A stretch of 64,000 nucleotides of DNA from Vezdaea acicularis (GCA_026025075.1 JAPEUI010000005.1:1-64000), one strand, 5' to 3'; numbered from the stretch's first letter, positions 12,183 to 24,986 are shown. Numbers and translations: made by a program. The notes: generated by a model from the sequence alone, not told the origin.

Positions 12183-14360
12183 GGCGAAGCAGAAACGGCA
12201 AAGGGGCACAAAACAGATGCAACGAGTCAAAGGGCAGAGACGGTGCGTAGATGGAATGGCAGGCTCCCTCAGCGTGGTCGAGAGGGATGTTGAAGGAGGG
12301 AGGGGGGAGGTGTGTAGGGAAGAGGTCGGAGAGGGAGAGGTCGGGTAGTCTAGAGTCAAAAGGAGGCGACCCCCAGAGACAGTCTATTCTTTGCCGACTT
12401 GCGCTTGAGGTCAGCTGTCGGGCTCGACGGCGGATGAAGCTCGCACTCACCTTCGTTTCGCGGAATGGCCGTGGATAGGTTGGCGGAGGGAGATGGGAGA
12501 CGTGGTGGAGCTCTGTGGGTTGAGAGAAAGGTGAACGCGCTGCCCGGCTCGGCCAGACCAACTTTTTTTATTACGCTGACTTTCTCGGGTCGCACCTGTC
12601 ACTCCGCTCTCGTCTCGTCACACTAAAGCATGAGCTCGACCGGGATCCCTTCACAGATGACAGCACACGGATGGGTGGCGGGCAGATGGGGAGGGGGATC
12701 GCATTTATACGGGGTTCTGGCGCTGTACAGCTTCACATCCCCCTATACCGGCGGCCTGAGGGCGCGATAAGTGCGCGCAGCAAGGGCGCCGGGAGACGGG
12801 GCCTCCGATGGTACCTGGTCACACAGCTCGAAGCGACGTTTAGGAGTTGCTGCTTGCTCGAGCTGTGCTACTGTGCTGCTGCTCCGCTGCTCTGGTGCTC
12901 TGGGAGCCGCCATGTGGAGGTGTTGAGCAGGAGAGGCTGTCGACTGATGATCCGCCATGGCTTTCCGGAAATGAGCCGCTGCATCCAGCTCTAATGCACG
13001 TACAAAGCATGGCACAGTCCTTGTACTTTAAGTACATAAGGTACTTTCCTACGACCGTGATACCATCTGGCGCCTCGCGACTCGCGACTTGCGACTTTTG
13101 CGTTCGTCCGCCACTGCAACTGCTCCTCCACCTGCTCCTCGACCTCTTCCTCTTCTTCCTCTTCTTCCTCTTCGTCATTCCCCCACTTCCCCCTTCCACC
13201 TCCTCATCCTCCTTCTCCTCTTGTCTCGCCGTGTCCGCCTGTTCGCTTGCGAATGGCCACTCCGTCCTTGGCGTACGCGTCAACACCATGCGAAGATGAC
13301 GGAGAGTAGAGCATAGCACCGCACCGGATATACTTTGGCAAAGCCGAGCGTTGCCGCGATAGCTGTCATGCGTCGACACAAACCCCTCCCGCGATCCGAG
13401 CTCATCCAAGTCCAAGTCCATATCCCATGTCTATCAGACCCGCGGGAGACGCAAGTCGATGCGAAAAATGGCCTACCGGTCGACGGGCCCGCGAGTGGCC
13501 AGAGGGGGGGGCAAAGGCCACCGATTCGTCCAGACGCTCGGTACGCTGTGGCTGGGCCCATGCGCTGCATAGTTCATCTCCTCTTGTGCAGCGGCCGATT
13601 TTTCCATCCGTCTTTCTAGAAGACCGATCCTGATGCGCGACTCTGCACACGAATGCGCCCTGCTGCACCGCCAATGCGCTGCAGCAGTCGACGAAGGCTT
13701 CCATGAGGATTCCATTTGACGCCTCTTCCTAGGAGAGAACTCCCATGTCTTCCCAAGAACCGTAGGAGCATGACCCGACGTGCATCCAGCGTGGCCGTCC
13801 AGACCGAGAGGTTCGCAGGACCTGCTCTCAAAAAGTCCCCGCTGCTGTTATCAACGAAGGATTCCGCTCGCCGCCCAACTTAAGGTTTTGTAAGAGAGCC
13901 ATGCAACCCAATCCAGGGAGCCCAACTCCCGTTGCTCCCTCAAATGATGATGCGCGTGGCCGGCTGCCAGATCCTTCGGTTCATCCGGTACGATGGAGAA
14001 TGCAGAATTTATCCATCCGTCATTTGCTCTCCGCAATCTTCAAACGCTCTCGGGGCGAGATCCGAACGGGACAGATGTAGATTCAAGGTTATCTGGCAGT
14101 CTAGCCAGTGACCACAGCTTCAACCATTCATCTTCTTGTTCGTTCGTTGCTTGCAATGCTGCGTTTCAGATCTATCTGTGTGGTCTATACACATATGGAG
14201 CACGTGTTTGGCGGGGCTTGGCATCGTGGGAAGCGTGAATGACAGCCAGCCAAGCATCGCGAGGGAGAGACAAGCTCGCTACAAAAGCAAACTTGAAAAG
14301 CGCTGGACGCATAATACATGATCTTCCATTGTGCATCCCTTTGATGTCTTGCGAATAACC

Positions 14361-16105
14361 ATGAAGTTCCTCAAGCATATTCGATCCAGGTCCAAGCTCC
14401 GGAGTCAGCCGCAAGCATCGCATTATGGAGCCTCGGCTTACCCCACACATTTCGAGCCTCCAAGTAACCTAGCACCGGACAAGGCAGCCGGGCTGCCTGA
14501 GCGCGTGCTCGAGATTATCTTCTCCTTCGTCTGCCCGCATAGCGATGACGAGACTTTTAAGACGTCTGAAGAGTCCATGTCCGAGCATGGATGCATGCTA
14601 TGCGACACGCGCGACCTGGCGCATGCCGCGGCTGTGTGCAAGAGGTGGAGGAAGATCGCGCAGATGAAGCTGTGAATACCTCCCCCCTATTTACTCTACA
14701 AGATCGAGGACTAATTCTCCATTCGGAACAAAGGTACCACAGCGTGCGTATCGATGCCGTTCACTACTGCGGACTCGAGCAGGTCCTCGCCGAGAAGCGC
14801 AAACGCCGCTCGTGGTTCGAGAAGAACGCCGAGCCCGAGTCCGCGCCCTCTAAGCGTCTCAATCTGTTTCAACAAACTGTGAGGAGCAATCAGAAGCTAG
14901 CGCTGGCCGTCCGATATCTGAAGATTCACTACATGACACGCGAGATGAGCAAGACGGACCTCACGCTCGTGGCCTCGGTCCTTCCCAACCTTATATACAT
15001 CGACCTGCCCGAAGGTTTCTTCAGCGACGACCAAACCTGCCGACCCCTCCGCGCCGAGCTACAGAACCGCTGCCCGGACATACGGAGGATGAAGTACAGC
15101 GATGGCGCCGCACAGAGCTTCACCGAGCTTGGCTCCGGGCGGTTCTGGCAAAACCTCGAGGAGCTGGAAGTGGCGGGGCTCAGTCTGGCCCCTACCACCT
15201 TCCTCGCCGTCCTCGATTCCATCCGTACCCTCCAGGCCCTCACTCTCACCGACCTCTCCTGGCTAGATGACACGATCTTCCAGCCAACTCCTGGGGTCGC
15301 CGCCTTCCCCACACTCCGCGCCCTCTCCCTGCACAGTATCCCCAACCTCACCCCTCAGGGGCTCTCCATCTACCTCGCCCGTCCCACCACCCGCTCCACC
15401 CTCCGCACTCTCTCCCTAATCAACACCAATATCCCGCCCTCCGCCCTTCCAGCCCTCCTCTCCCCCCTCACGAACCTCCAAACCCTAACCCTAACCGCCA
15501 CCGTCTCGCACCCCCTCCCCCCAACCACGCCCCTTCTAACCTCCCCCACCCTCCAAACCCTCCACTACGAAATCACCTCCGCACCCTCCTCCACCGGCGT
15601 CGTCCCACCCGCGGAATCATACTACGCCCGCCTCATCACCGCGCTCCACACAAACGCCCTCCCCGCCCTCTCAACCCTCTACGTCCGCGACCCCTCCTTC
15701 CCCGAAACCCTCCTTCTCACCCCTCCCGCCCCCGCCTTCGCCACCTCAGCGCAGCATCAGCAGCAGCAGCCGGCTCCAGCGCCAGCAAGGAACCACACCC
15801 TAGCCGTCTACTCCAAAGGCGAGGACAGTCTGGAATGGTCCTTTACCTCTCTGCCAGCTGGCGACGACGACGGCGCATTCGGCGGTATGAGCATTAGTGG
15901 TCCGGCCAGCGGTGCCGGGAGGCCTATGAGCGGTATGAGCAGCTTGAGCGGACGGCTCAGTCCTGTGCTTGGGGGTGGGGCAAGGAGGAGCATGTTTGTC
16001 GCGAATGGGGCGGGGGATTTCTTAGCGGTGCCGGGAGAGGGCGGGACCGGTGCGGATAGGGGGAGGAGTGGAGGCGCGGGAGGGGATAGGTGGGGCTGGG
16101 AGTAG
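14361..16105 (+). CDS. Fungal F-box protein with an LRR-like C-terminal region
   Basis: LPERVLEIIFSFVCPH...CMLCDTRDLAHAAAVCKRW F-box-like segment, then LxxLxL repeats. Intron at about 14672-14733. Confidence 0.8.
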
Positions 16106-16296
16106 GAGACTTGGGGCATAGTTGATCTCAGGTGTGGAAGAGGGGGGGTTGGTATAGTTGATTCTAGGGATTTTGGGTGTTGGGTGTTGGGTTTACAGGG
16201 AAGCGCGTTTTTTCATATACCGCCATATAGCGCATGCCTCCATAGTCTACATCATCTACGACACCATTGCCTATATCTTGCACAGTCACAATTACG

Positions 16297-17153
16297 CTAC
16301 ACCACCACTCCTGCCTGCCCGTTCCCCCTCTCCCCACGCTCCCTCCTAGAAAACCTCACCCCACCCACCAGGCCCGCTCCGCCACCCAGCCCAATCGCAG
16401 CCACGGTCTTGTTCCGCGCGACCCACCGCCCCAGTGGACTGAACCATCGTCCTACTGGCCCGAGCACGGTCCGCGCGAACCATGGCGTCGCCCATACGCT
16501 GCCGGCGATGCGAAGGGGCAGGAGGGCCTTCGTGAGGACGTACGCCGCGGCGAGCTCGACCGCTATTCTTGCCACTTTAGGCGGATTTCTCGTGGCCTCC
16601 TGTGTCCCATCCATATCTACTTCCTCTCGCCTTTGTTCAATCCAGCCGTCCCCTTTGCCCCTGTCCGCAGAGTCCGGGGATGCACCATCGTCATAATCAA
16701 GCCAACCCTTCCTAGCCAGATACCGCGCCCAGCGGTCCAGCGCGCGGCCAAAGTACTTAGAGTCCAGCAGCGGGGCAGGGAGCCAGTCGAGGGAGTGGAA
16801 GAGGGCGAAGAAGGTGAGGAGGGGCGCGATGGCGGTGAGTTCGTGCAGGAGGAGGAAAGCGGTTAGGTGGGGGAGGGGCGCCGAGCGGAGCGGTTGCGCG
16901 TAGGTTTGGAATCGGCGGGGGACTGAGGGGAGGATTAGCTGGGGTAGTGCAAAGGGGTAGGGCGGAGGGAAAGAAGAAGATGAGAGGAGAGGAAAGGGGG
17001 AGTACGTCGGGAGAGAATACGGTCGATCCGCGACTGCGCCTTTGCGGTTGAGGACGGTGATGGGTTAGTGGAAAGAACGCGTCGGCGGGCAGCGCGGAGA
17101 TGTATTGGACGCTGAAAGGGCCGAAGCGGGCGGAGCAGCCGTGGTTGCAGCAT
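16297..17153 (-). CDS. MRX11: FLILHELTA-family mitochondrial membrane protein (Mrx11-like)
   Basis: Removing intron 16923-17005 gives ILSRLPRRFQTYAQPLRSAPLPHLTAFLLLHELTAIAPL...ELAAAYVLTKALLPLRIAGSVWATPWFAR. Arg-rich presequence. Confidence 0.8.
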
Positions 17154-17678
17154 GTTGCGCCCGTTCGAAGTGACTGATTGAGGGGATGCAGGAGGTGGTA
17201 TATATTGTGCGAAGCGTTACCCCAGATAGACCGACAGTACAGGGCAGCAATCGGCTTATATAACGCCGATTTAAGCCTGCATAGAGCAGTCATGGGATAG
17301 GCACGTTCATGTCATTTAGATCATCAGCGAGTCTTCTCAATTGGCAGATTATGTCGTTCTTGGCTGCCTCCAACGCTTGAAGAGAAGGTTGTTAGTGACG
17401 AAGTTTCGCTCGGAGGTCGGGAGTAGGATTGACCGGTCTCTTTCGGTCGTGCCACCCAAGTCCGCCAGTGAGGATCACCAAAATTCAAAAAGCTCCTAAA
17501 TAATTCACGTTTGATGTTCGTATGAAAGACACAGGGAAAGGAATTTCTATTCATTTTCCATTTCTTAAGATCTATTCATATCTAGCCTCTCATGCCTTAT
17601 CCCATTTCATCCGATCGTGTACTTCGTGTAATCGCTCTACTTTTTGAAATAATGAAGTCTAGAGTTTGAGGCCACATT

Positions 17679-18494
17679 CTAAGGCTTCTCGTATATCCAG
17701 TCGAACTCGGCGTCCTTGTACTCGAGGACCTCACCCTTGCCGAACCAAAGAGCAATTTCATTCTTTGCGGTCTCGACGCTGTCAGAGCCGTGGCACACGT
17801 TACGGCCGACATCCTATTGACAAGGTCAGTTGTCATAGCGGATACACATGTTGGTCATCACGACTTACAATGGCGAAGTCACCACGGATGGTGCCAGGGG
17901 CAGATGCAAGAGGGTTGGTAGCTCCAAGCAACACTAACAAAGGCCAGAGTCAGTAGCCGCGGCTTATCTTTGATAGAAAGTCTCTAGTATTCAACTTACT
18001 GCGGCCGGTCTTGACGGCATCTCTACCCTCCCAAACCATAGCACAGATGGGTCCGCTTCCCATGTCTATCGAGGAAATCCCATCAGCAAAGCCCGTCTAT
18101 GCACCGTCATTGGGGTTCTGGTATATACACTTGATCAACCCAGGAAAGAAAGGCTTCTCGCTGAGATCGGCATCTTTCCGAGTCAAAATGTTAGTGGCAT
18201 TGCGTCTTTGCAATTGTAGCTAAGGTTGAACAAACAATGCTTTTCGAGGTGGGCCTTGGAAGCGTTCATGAGCTTCATAGCGACGAGCTTATAACTAGCA
18301 AGAGAGTTAGCAATTGCACTACGCAGAGGTCGCACAAAGATCTCACCCTCTTTGCTCGAAGCGAGTGATGATCTGACCTACGAGGCCCCGCTGGACGCCG
18401 TCCGGCTTAATAGCTATGAAGCTATATGCCAGGTCAGCAAAAGTAATTGGAGTGCACTAATCCAATTGAGTGCCTACGTCTGTTCAGAAGCCAT
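17679..18494 (-). CDS. NDK1: Nucleoside diphosphate kinase, 7 exons; absent from the ORF track
   Basis: Manual splicing gives [153 protein letters not shown], including the catalytic HGSD motif. All six introns are GT..AG. Confidence 0.96.
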
Positions 18495-18987
18495 TTCAAG
18501 ATGTTGCTGTCTAGATGCTTGAGCTTGGCGAAGGTATGCTACAGTCTTGGGGCTGACGAGTTTGTAGATAGGAGGGTCGGGGGGATTTTGTGCGTTTTGT
18601 TGTTGTGCGGGCTGCCCATCCATTCCCTAGCTATCCCGTTTTGTGGTGGGGCAGACTGCACAACGAGAAGCGTTTGGCTGGTGGGGCACGAACCGAGACG
18701 CGGCTGCATAATCCTGCACAATTCAATAGGAGCCACGTTGAGCTAGCTGCTTTGGGGCTGTTTCATATTTATCGGCAGAAATGTTGTTGGATGTGCAGGT
18801 GCACAGTTTCAGGCCAGACGAAGGCATACTCAAGCTTTCTTTTGCTTGGCGAGGAGCTTAGGAATATATCAAAATCCTCTTGCGAGATTATCCTGTTTGA
18901 TGGTCGCGTTTGTTTTTCCCTTCCGTTCTATCTGTTATATTCCCTCGGGTTTGCCACCGCTGAGCGTGGTCTCTACTGCATGACAAG

Positions 18988-21956
18988 ATGTCCTCGCCAG
19001 TGCGATGGACGGCGTTATTTATAATCCTGTCCACCCTTAGCTGCCTTTTTACTCCCGCTGGTACGTATTCACATGGTGTTCTGCTTCGCGTTATTCAAAG
19101 ACTCCCCCGTTAACGCAATTGGCGCGTGCAGTCATGGTAAAACACGACAACTTCAAAACCTGCAATCAGTCGGGCTTCTGCAAGCGGAATCGCGACTATG
19201 CGGACAAGGTGCACAACTATGGCCCCTCTTGGAATTCTCCCTACAAGGTTGAGCAATTTCGACTCGAGAGAGGCCAGCTGGGTGGTACAATCCTGAAGAC
19301 GACGGGGAAAGGGGGTGAGACGGTCCGGTTACCTCTTACGATCACGTTCCTGAAATCGGGCGTTGCCCGCGTCACAATCGACGAAGAGAAGCGACAAAAG
19401 GGCGAGATAGAGCTTCGTCATGGGAGTCAAGCTCGAAAGGAACGATATAGTGAGGCGCAGGACTGGGTGATTGCTGGCAAGATAGACTTGAGCGAGGACG
19501 TCACCTTTAGTAAAGATAACGAGCCTGGTTACACAAAGATTTTGTACGGGCCAAACCACAAGTTTGAAGCAAAGATCCGGCACGAGCCCTTTAGTATTGA
19601 GTTCAAACGAGACGGCGAGACGCAGATCAAATTCAATGACCGAGGTCTCATGAATGTTGAGCATTGGAGGCCGAAGATTGAGAAAGCGGCTCAGGAAGGC
19701 GAGGAGGCCCCAGCCGAGACTGAGGAAGACGAGAGCACATGGTGGGAGGAGTCTTTCGGCGGAAACCAAGACACCAAACCTAGAGGGCCCGAAGCCGTCG
19801 CTCTCGATATTTCCTTCCCTCAATACGAGCACGTTTTCGGAATCCCTGAGCATGCAGGCCCACTGTCTCTAAAGGAGACTAGAGGCGGAGATGGAAACTA
19901 CAATGACCCTTATCGGTTGTACAATGCGGATGTTTTTGAATATGAAGTGGATAGCCCGATGACCCTCTACGGAGCGATCCCTTTCATGCAAGCGCACCGG
20001 AAGGACTCGACAGTGGGCGTGTTCTGGTTGAACGCAGCGGAGACCTGGATTGACATTGTCAAGAGCAAAAAGTCGACAAATCCGCTGAGTTTGGGCAATA
20101 AGGGGAAGACTGAGACCCAGACCCACTGGATATCCGAAAGTGGCATAATGGACGTGTTTGTCTTCCTCGGACCTACGCCAAAGGATGTCACAAAAGCATA
20201 TGGTTCATTAACAGGTTTCACGGAGATGCCTCAGGAGTTTTCTCTTGGGTACCATCAATGCCGGTGGAACTATTTCACCGAGGACGCCACTAAAGAAGTC
20301 GACCGCAAAATGGACAAGTTTGCTCTTCCCTACGATGTCATTTGGCTTGATATCGAGTATACAGACGGGAAGAAATACTTTACCTGGCATCCTCTCGCCT
20401 TCAAAGACCCTCTTTCAATTCAAAAGCAACTTGATAAACGCAACCGCAAGCTCGTGCTTATCATTGACCCTCACATCAAGAACGAAGGTGACTATCCTGT
20501 TGTCGACGCCTTGAAATCCAAAGACCTGGGCGTCCATAACAAAGACGGCGCCATCTACGAAGGGCATTGCTGGCCGGGGTCATCCCATTGGATTGACTGC
20601 TTCAATCCTGCGGCTCTTAGCTGGTGGGCCTCGCTCTTTCAGTACTCTTCTTTCAAAGGCACGACCCCTAGCACCTTCATCTGGAACGACATGAACGAAC
20701 CCTCTGTTTTCAACGGGCCCGAGACCACGATGCCGAAAGACAACCTGCACCATGGCAACTGGGAACACCGTGACGTCCACAATCTCAATGGATTAACCTA
20801 TCATCTTGCGACCCACGACGCCCTTATCTCTCGGAAGAAGGGCGAGCCAAACCGTCGCCCCTTTGTGTTGACTCGATCTTTCTTCGCCGGCTCCCAACGC
20901 CTCGGCGCCGTCTGGACGGGCGACAACCTCGCCAGCTGGGACCATCTCGCAGCATCGTTCCCCATGCTCCTCAGTCTAGGCGTCAGCGGCTACCCCTTCG
21001 CCGGCGCCGACGTTCCGGGCTTCTTCGGAAACCCAACCAAGGAACTACTCACCCGCTGGTACCAAGCCGGCGCATTCTACCCCTTCTTCCGCGGACACGC
21101 GCACGTCGATACCCAGCGCCGCGAGCCCTACCTCGTCGGCGAGCCCTACCTCCCCATCGTCTCCGCAGCCCTGAAGCTGCGATACGCGTTACTCCCGGCT
21201 TGGTACACGGCCTTCCACGAGGCCTCTGTAGAGGGGAACCCCATCATCCGTCCGATGTACTGGGTACACCCCTCGATCGAGCACGGCTTCGGCTTAGACG
21301 ACCAGTTCTACATCGGCTCGACGGGCCTGCTCGCCAAGCCCGTGACAGCTGAGGGCGTCGAGACCATCGACATCTACCTCCCAGACGACGAGGTCTATTA
21401 TGACTACTTCGACTACAAGACCTACGCCGGGCACGGCCTGCATATCATGCACGCGCCATTGGCGAAGATCCCGCTTCTGGCGCGAGGCGGGCATATCATC
21501 CCCCGTCGTGACCGCGCCCGCCGCAGCTCCGGCCTCATGAAATGGGATCCCTTCACGCTTGTCGTCGTCCTTGCCAATAACGGGAGTGCAGAGGGGACGC
21601 TCTATCTGGACGACGGCGAGAGCTACGAGTTCCAAAACGGCGCCTACATCCATCGTAAATTCGTGTTCGACCCCCAGAAGGGCACTCTGCGGAGTGAAGA
21701 CCTTTTCGAGGGCGCGAAGACGAAGGAGGCGGAGAAATATCTCAAACTCATGAAGCAGGTTCGTGTGGAGAAGGTCGTTTTCGTCGGTGCGCCGCGCACG
21801 TGGAGCGAGAAGACGAAGGTGGGCGTTAGGGAGGAGGGAGAGAAGGAGAGGAAGGTGAAGTTCACGTTTAATGAGGGGACTGAGGGCCGGGCGAGCTGGG
21901 CGGTGGTAAGAGACCCGGCGGTGGCTATTGGCAGGAGTTGGACTATCTCTGTATAA
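18988..21956 (+). CDS. GLS2: ER glucosidase II alpha subunit (GH31)
   Basis: Signal peptide MSSPVRWTALFIILSTLSCLFTPA; intron 19061-19131; VKHDNFKTCNQSGFCKR, YHQCRWNY, WLDIEY, catalytic WNDMNEPSVF, WTGDN and FFRGHAH. Confidence 0.96.
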
Positions 21957-22074
21957 CTTGTAGCGTTGTAGTTGGGAATGAACATGTATTCAGTCTACGC
22001 TCAATTACCAGCCCAAGACTGTGTGCGAACACTGGTGTGTGGAGAGGTGTGTTCGTATGTTCTGGCTGAGGCGA

Positions 22075-22147
22075 GGGTGATGTGTGGTGATGTGTGGTGA
22101 TATAAGGTGATGAAGTGACACGATCCAATCCAATCCAATCCAATCCA
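22075..22147. repeat. Simple repeats (GTGATGTGTG)2+ and (ATCCA)5
   Basis: Read directly in the intergenic sequence after GLS2. Confidence 0.85.
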
Positions 22148-22359
22148 CCACGACCTCTCAATCCTAAACCCTCCCACCCTCTCTCTCTCATAACCCATCC
22201 CCCCTCTCCAAACCCCATCAAGCACCTTCAAACCATCCCGCATCCTCCCTCCCCCCTCGCACCTCCACCTCACTCCTGAGACCACACTCCAAGCTCCTTA
22301 CTCCCGCATAGTCCGTTCTCCACGATCTGCACGACTTGTTTAGGCGTCGACGAGGCGAG

Positions 22360-23559
22360 ATGTCCGGTTTACCACCCACCGACGGCCACGTACGAGAGGG
22401 GATGGGGTCGGAGCCGCGGTCGTCAATAGTACCTGTAGAGGGTATGAGTTCTTCACCACCTTCAGCACCACCACCCTCCTTACCCTCCCCGCCCTCCACC
22501 ATCAACGACACATCCCCACCTTCCAAAGCCCTCTCCGCCTCCCTAAACGCACAACAATCCACGCTCCTAACGGGCGAGTTACCGGATGCGGCGTTCCTCA
22601 CGGACCAGTATCTGGCGCGAGGGTTCTATTCGGGATGTGCTTTGGGTTGTGGCATGAGTAGTAGTACCAGCAGTAGTGCCGTCAGTACAGGTACTAATGC
22701 CAGTACCAACACCAACACCAGCACAAATACCGAGGTAACACTCTCTCCAGAGACCAACACAACACCAACACCAACACCAAACCCATCCTGGTTCTGGCCC
22801 CCCCGCGCCACCCGCACACTCTGGCGTCTCTACACCAGCACACCCCCCCTCCCATCCGGCATCCCAAATTACCCCTCCATCGCCGCAACCCTAACCGCGC
22901 TATACACCCCAACCTTCAACCGCGGATCCTACACCCCGCACGACATCCAAACTGCGCTCCTACCCTCTCCGCCCCTACCACATCCGCCCACTCCGGGATT
23001 CAGCCCTGAAGAACTACGGCTCGCGCGCGAGTTGTGGATCCAGTTCTCGCTTGGGACCAGCGAAGAGGTCTTCGTGAGTATAGCACGTAGGATGAGTGCG
23101 GCCTTCGGCGGGTTGTTTGGGAGGGGGGAGGGGTTTAGTGCGGAGGAGTGCGCGTGGGTGGTGCAGCAGGCGGAGTGGGAGGAGCGGGAGTACTTCTCGC
23201 AGTGGAGCATGTGCGAGCGGAAGAGGGTTTGGGTGCGGTGGATTACTTGCGTGCCGGTGGAGATTCGTTCTCAGAAGTGGTCGTGGTGGCAGCAGCAGCA
23301 GCAGCAGCAGCAGCGTTCCAGGGAGGTGGAGGAGTACAGAAAAGTCTGGTATGAGTACGTAGCGGGGAGGTTGGAGAGGGATTTGTGGGGTGTTTGTGGA
23401 CGGAGGTATACGGCGAGGCAGGTGGAGTGGTGTGTGAATGATTGGGAGGCGGAGGTCGGGGTTAGGGATTTGGTGGAGCCGGGGTGGCGAGCGGAGGGAC
23501 TGGTGAGGGTGTTTGGGGAGGAGGCGGTTTTGGTGGATGGGTTTATGATGGGGGTTTGA
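22360..23559 (+). CDS. Intronless orphan protein (~399 aa) with a low-complexity N-terminus and three putative Myb/SANT-like repeats
   Basis: Open frame from ATG 22360. Recurring W/F-[PS]...W...IA/VA..L/M...R..[YF][TS] pattern, plus a polyQ tract from a CAG run. Confidence 0.55.
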   Translation: MSGLPPTDGHVREGMGSEPRSSIVPVEGMSSSPPSAPPPSLPSPPSTINDTSPPSKALSASLNAQQSTLLTGELPDAAFLTDQYLARGFYSGCALGCGMSSSTSSSAVSTGTNASTNTNTSTNTEVTLSPETNTTPTPTPNPSWFWPPRATRTLWRLYTSTPPLPSGIPNYPSIAATLTALYTPTFNRGSYTPHDIQTALLPSPPLPHPPTPGFSPEELRLARELWIQFSLGTSEEVFVSIARRMSAAFGGLFGRGEGFSAEECAWVVQQAEWEEREYFSQWSMCERKRVWVRWITCVPVEIRSQKWSWWQQQQQQQQRSREVEEYRKVWYEYVAGRLERDLWGVCGRRYTARQVEWCVNDWEAEVGVRDLVEPGWRAEGLVRVFGEEAVLVDGFMMGV

Positions 23560-23784
23560 ATGCTAAGGTGGGGGAGGGGGATATCAGCGAGGGTCTTTAG
23601 TGGTGTGTGGGTTGGGTGGAAGGGAGGTGGGTGTGATATGAGAGATGGGCTACCGGTGAAGCTCGAGCACGAGAGAAAGACATGTGCGGGTGAAACCCCA
23701 GCAATTCTCTTCCATTGACCCAGCCTCGTTCGCAATGGGTATCCGTGATGTGTTTTGGCCAGGCAGGGCAGCCATGTACCCCAG

Positions 23785-24986
23785 CTACTCTCGTTCTTCC
23801 CCATCTCTCCTTAACCAGCTGAGCGTCTTCCTCCAATCCGGCCCCTGCTCCCGACCGACCACTCCGGCTTTGAGCAGGAGGTTCCACGTCATGTCAATGA
23901 TGGTCGCCGCGACGCCTCTTACCCCTTGCGTGAACCGCACGCCCTTCAGCCACTCTTGCGCATCTTCCGCCGTGTAGTCAAGCTCCGTGGAGATGTACGT
24001 CACAGCCTCTTCGTGGTGGTCGTTGAAATAGGTGATTCCCTCATCGAGCTTGCTCATGAAGCTGCGTAGACGCGTGTTACTCGTCGGCTCGGGGACGGTG
24101 GTATCATTTGATACGATGAGCCAGCTAGGCCATGGGGTAGGCAACTCGCCTATCTTCTTTATCCGATCATTCCTCTTGTTTTCGTCAAGCAAGGTCGGGT
24201 CGGCGTAGTATCGCTTTGAAGTGAAATGTTCCCACATGAAGAAATCGGCTGTGCCCGAGTTCACGCCGGCGCGGAGGGCAGCAAAGGTTTGGAGGGCGAC
24301 GGGTGTGAATGGTGGATCTGAGGTGTTAGAAGATAGCCAGGAGTGGCCATTGGCAAGTACGAAGGACATGATATCTGATCCGCTGTTGGCAGTTGCCTTA
24401 GCCTGTGCGCTCGGTTGAAACGGAGGCGGGTAGGGTGCATCGGGTCGGTGGAAAAATGGACAGACCTTCCAAACCGACTGATGCCAACTTTCTTCCCCCT
24501 GAGCTGCTCCACACTCGTGATATCTTTTCTGTTGGCACCAGTGCTAATCGCCCATCCTATCCACTCCTCGTCAGCCTCATCCCATCAAGCACCAACCGTC
24601 TCCTAAGTATCCATCGCCAGAGTGAAAGAATAATGACATACTTAACGGTGTATCCACATACGTCCCTACAAGGCTATATCCACCCTCTTTGCCTTCCGCC
24701 CGCGCCCTCGCCAGCCCAGCTATCCATCCCTCTGTAAGTCCGATGCCAACGTCTATCTCGTTCGCGCGGATGGCGGTGATCATGTGTCCGGTACCGCTGG
24801 GAAACGGAATGAGGGTAGCTTTGAGGGAGAAGCGGGTCACAGCGAAGTGGAGGGGGGTGGAGAAGTGCTCTGCAGACATTATCTTTTAGTAAGCGGGGAC
24901 TACGGCTAGGATTAGGTTAACATTGAAAGTGAAGACGTACCAGGCACGAAGCCTATCCGTAATGGAACGTCAGCAGCCGTTTCCAT
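23785..24986 (-). CDS. Ca3427-like periplasmic-binding-protein type II fold protein (NMT1/THI5-like superfamily)
   Basis: LRIGFVP|EHFSTPL, FPSGTGHMI, DVGIGLTEGW, GISRFG|SGSDIMSFVL, ADFFMWEHFTSK and PTPWPSW. Three introns. Confidence 0.82.

Noticed and set aside
12840..13421. 193-aa and 150-aa ORFs in the NRP1/F-box divergent region
   Set aside because: Driven by a CT-rich low-complexity tract typical of promoters and UTRs; no motifs.
15481..15496. CCCTAACCCTAA telomere-like or telomerase-template-like sequence
   Set aside because: Only two units, lying inside the C-rich F-box CDS (Thr-Leu codons).
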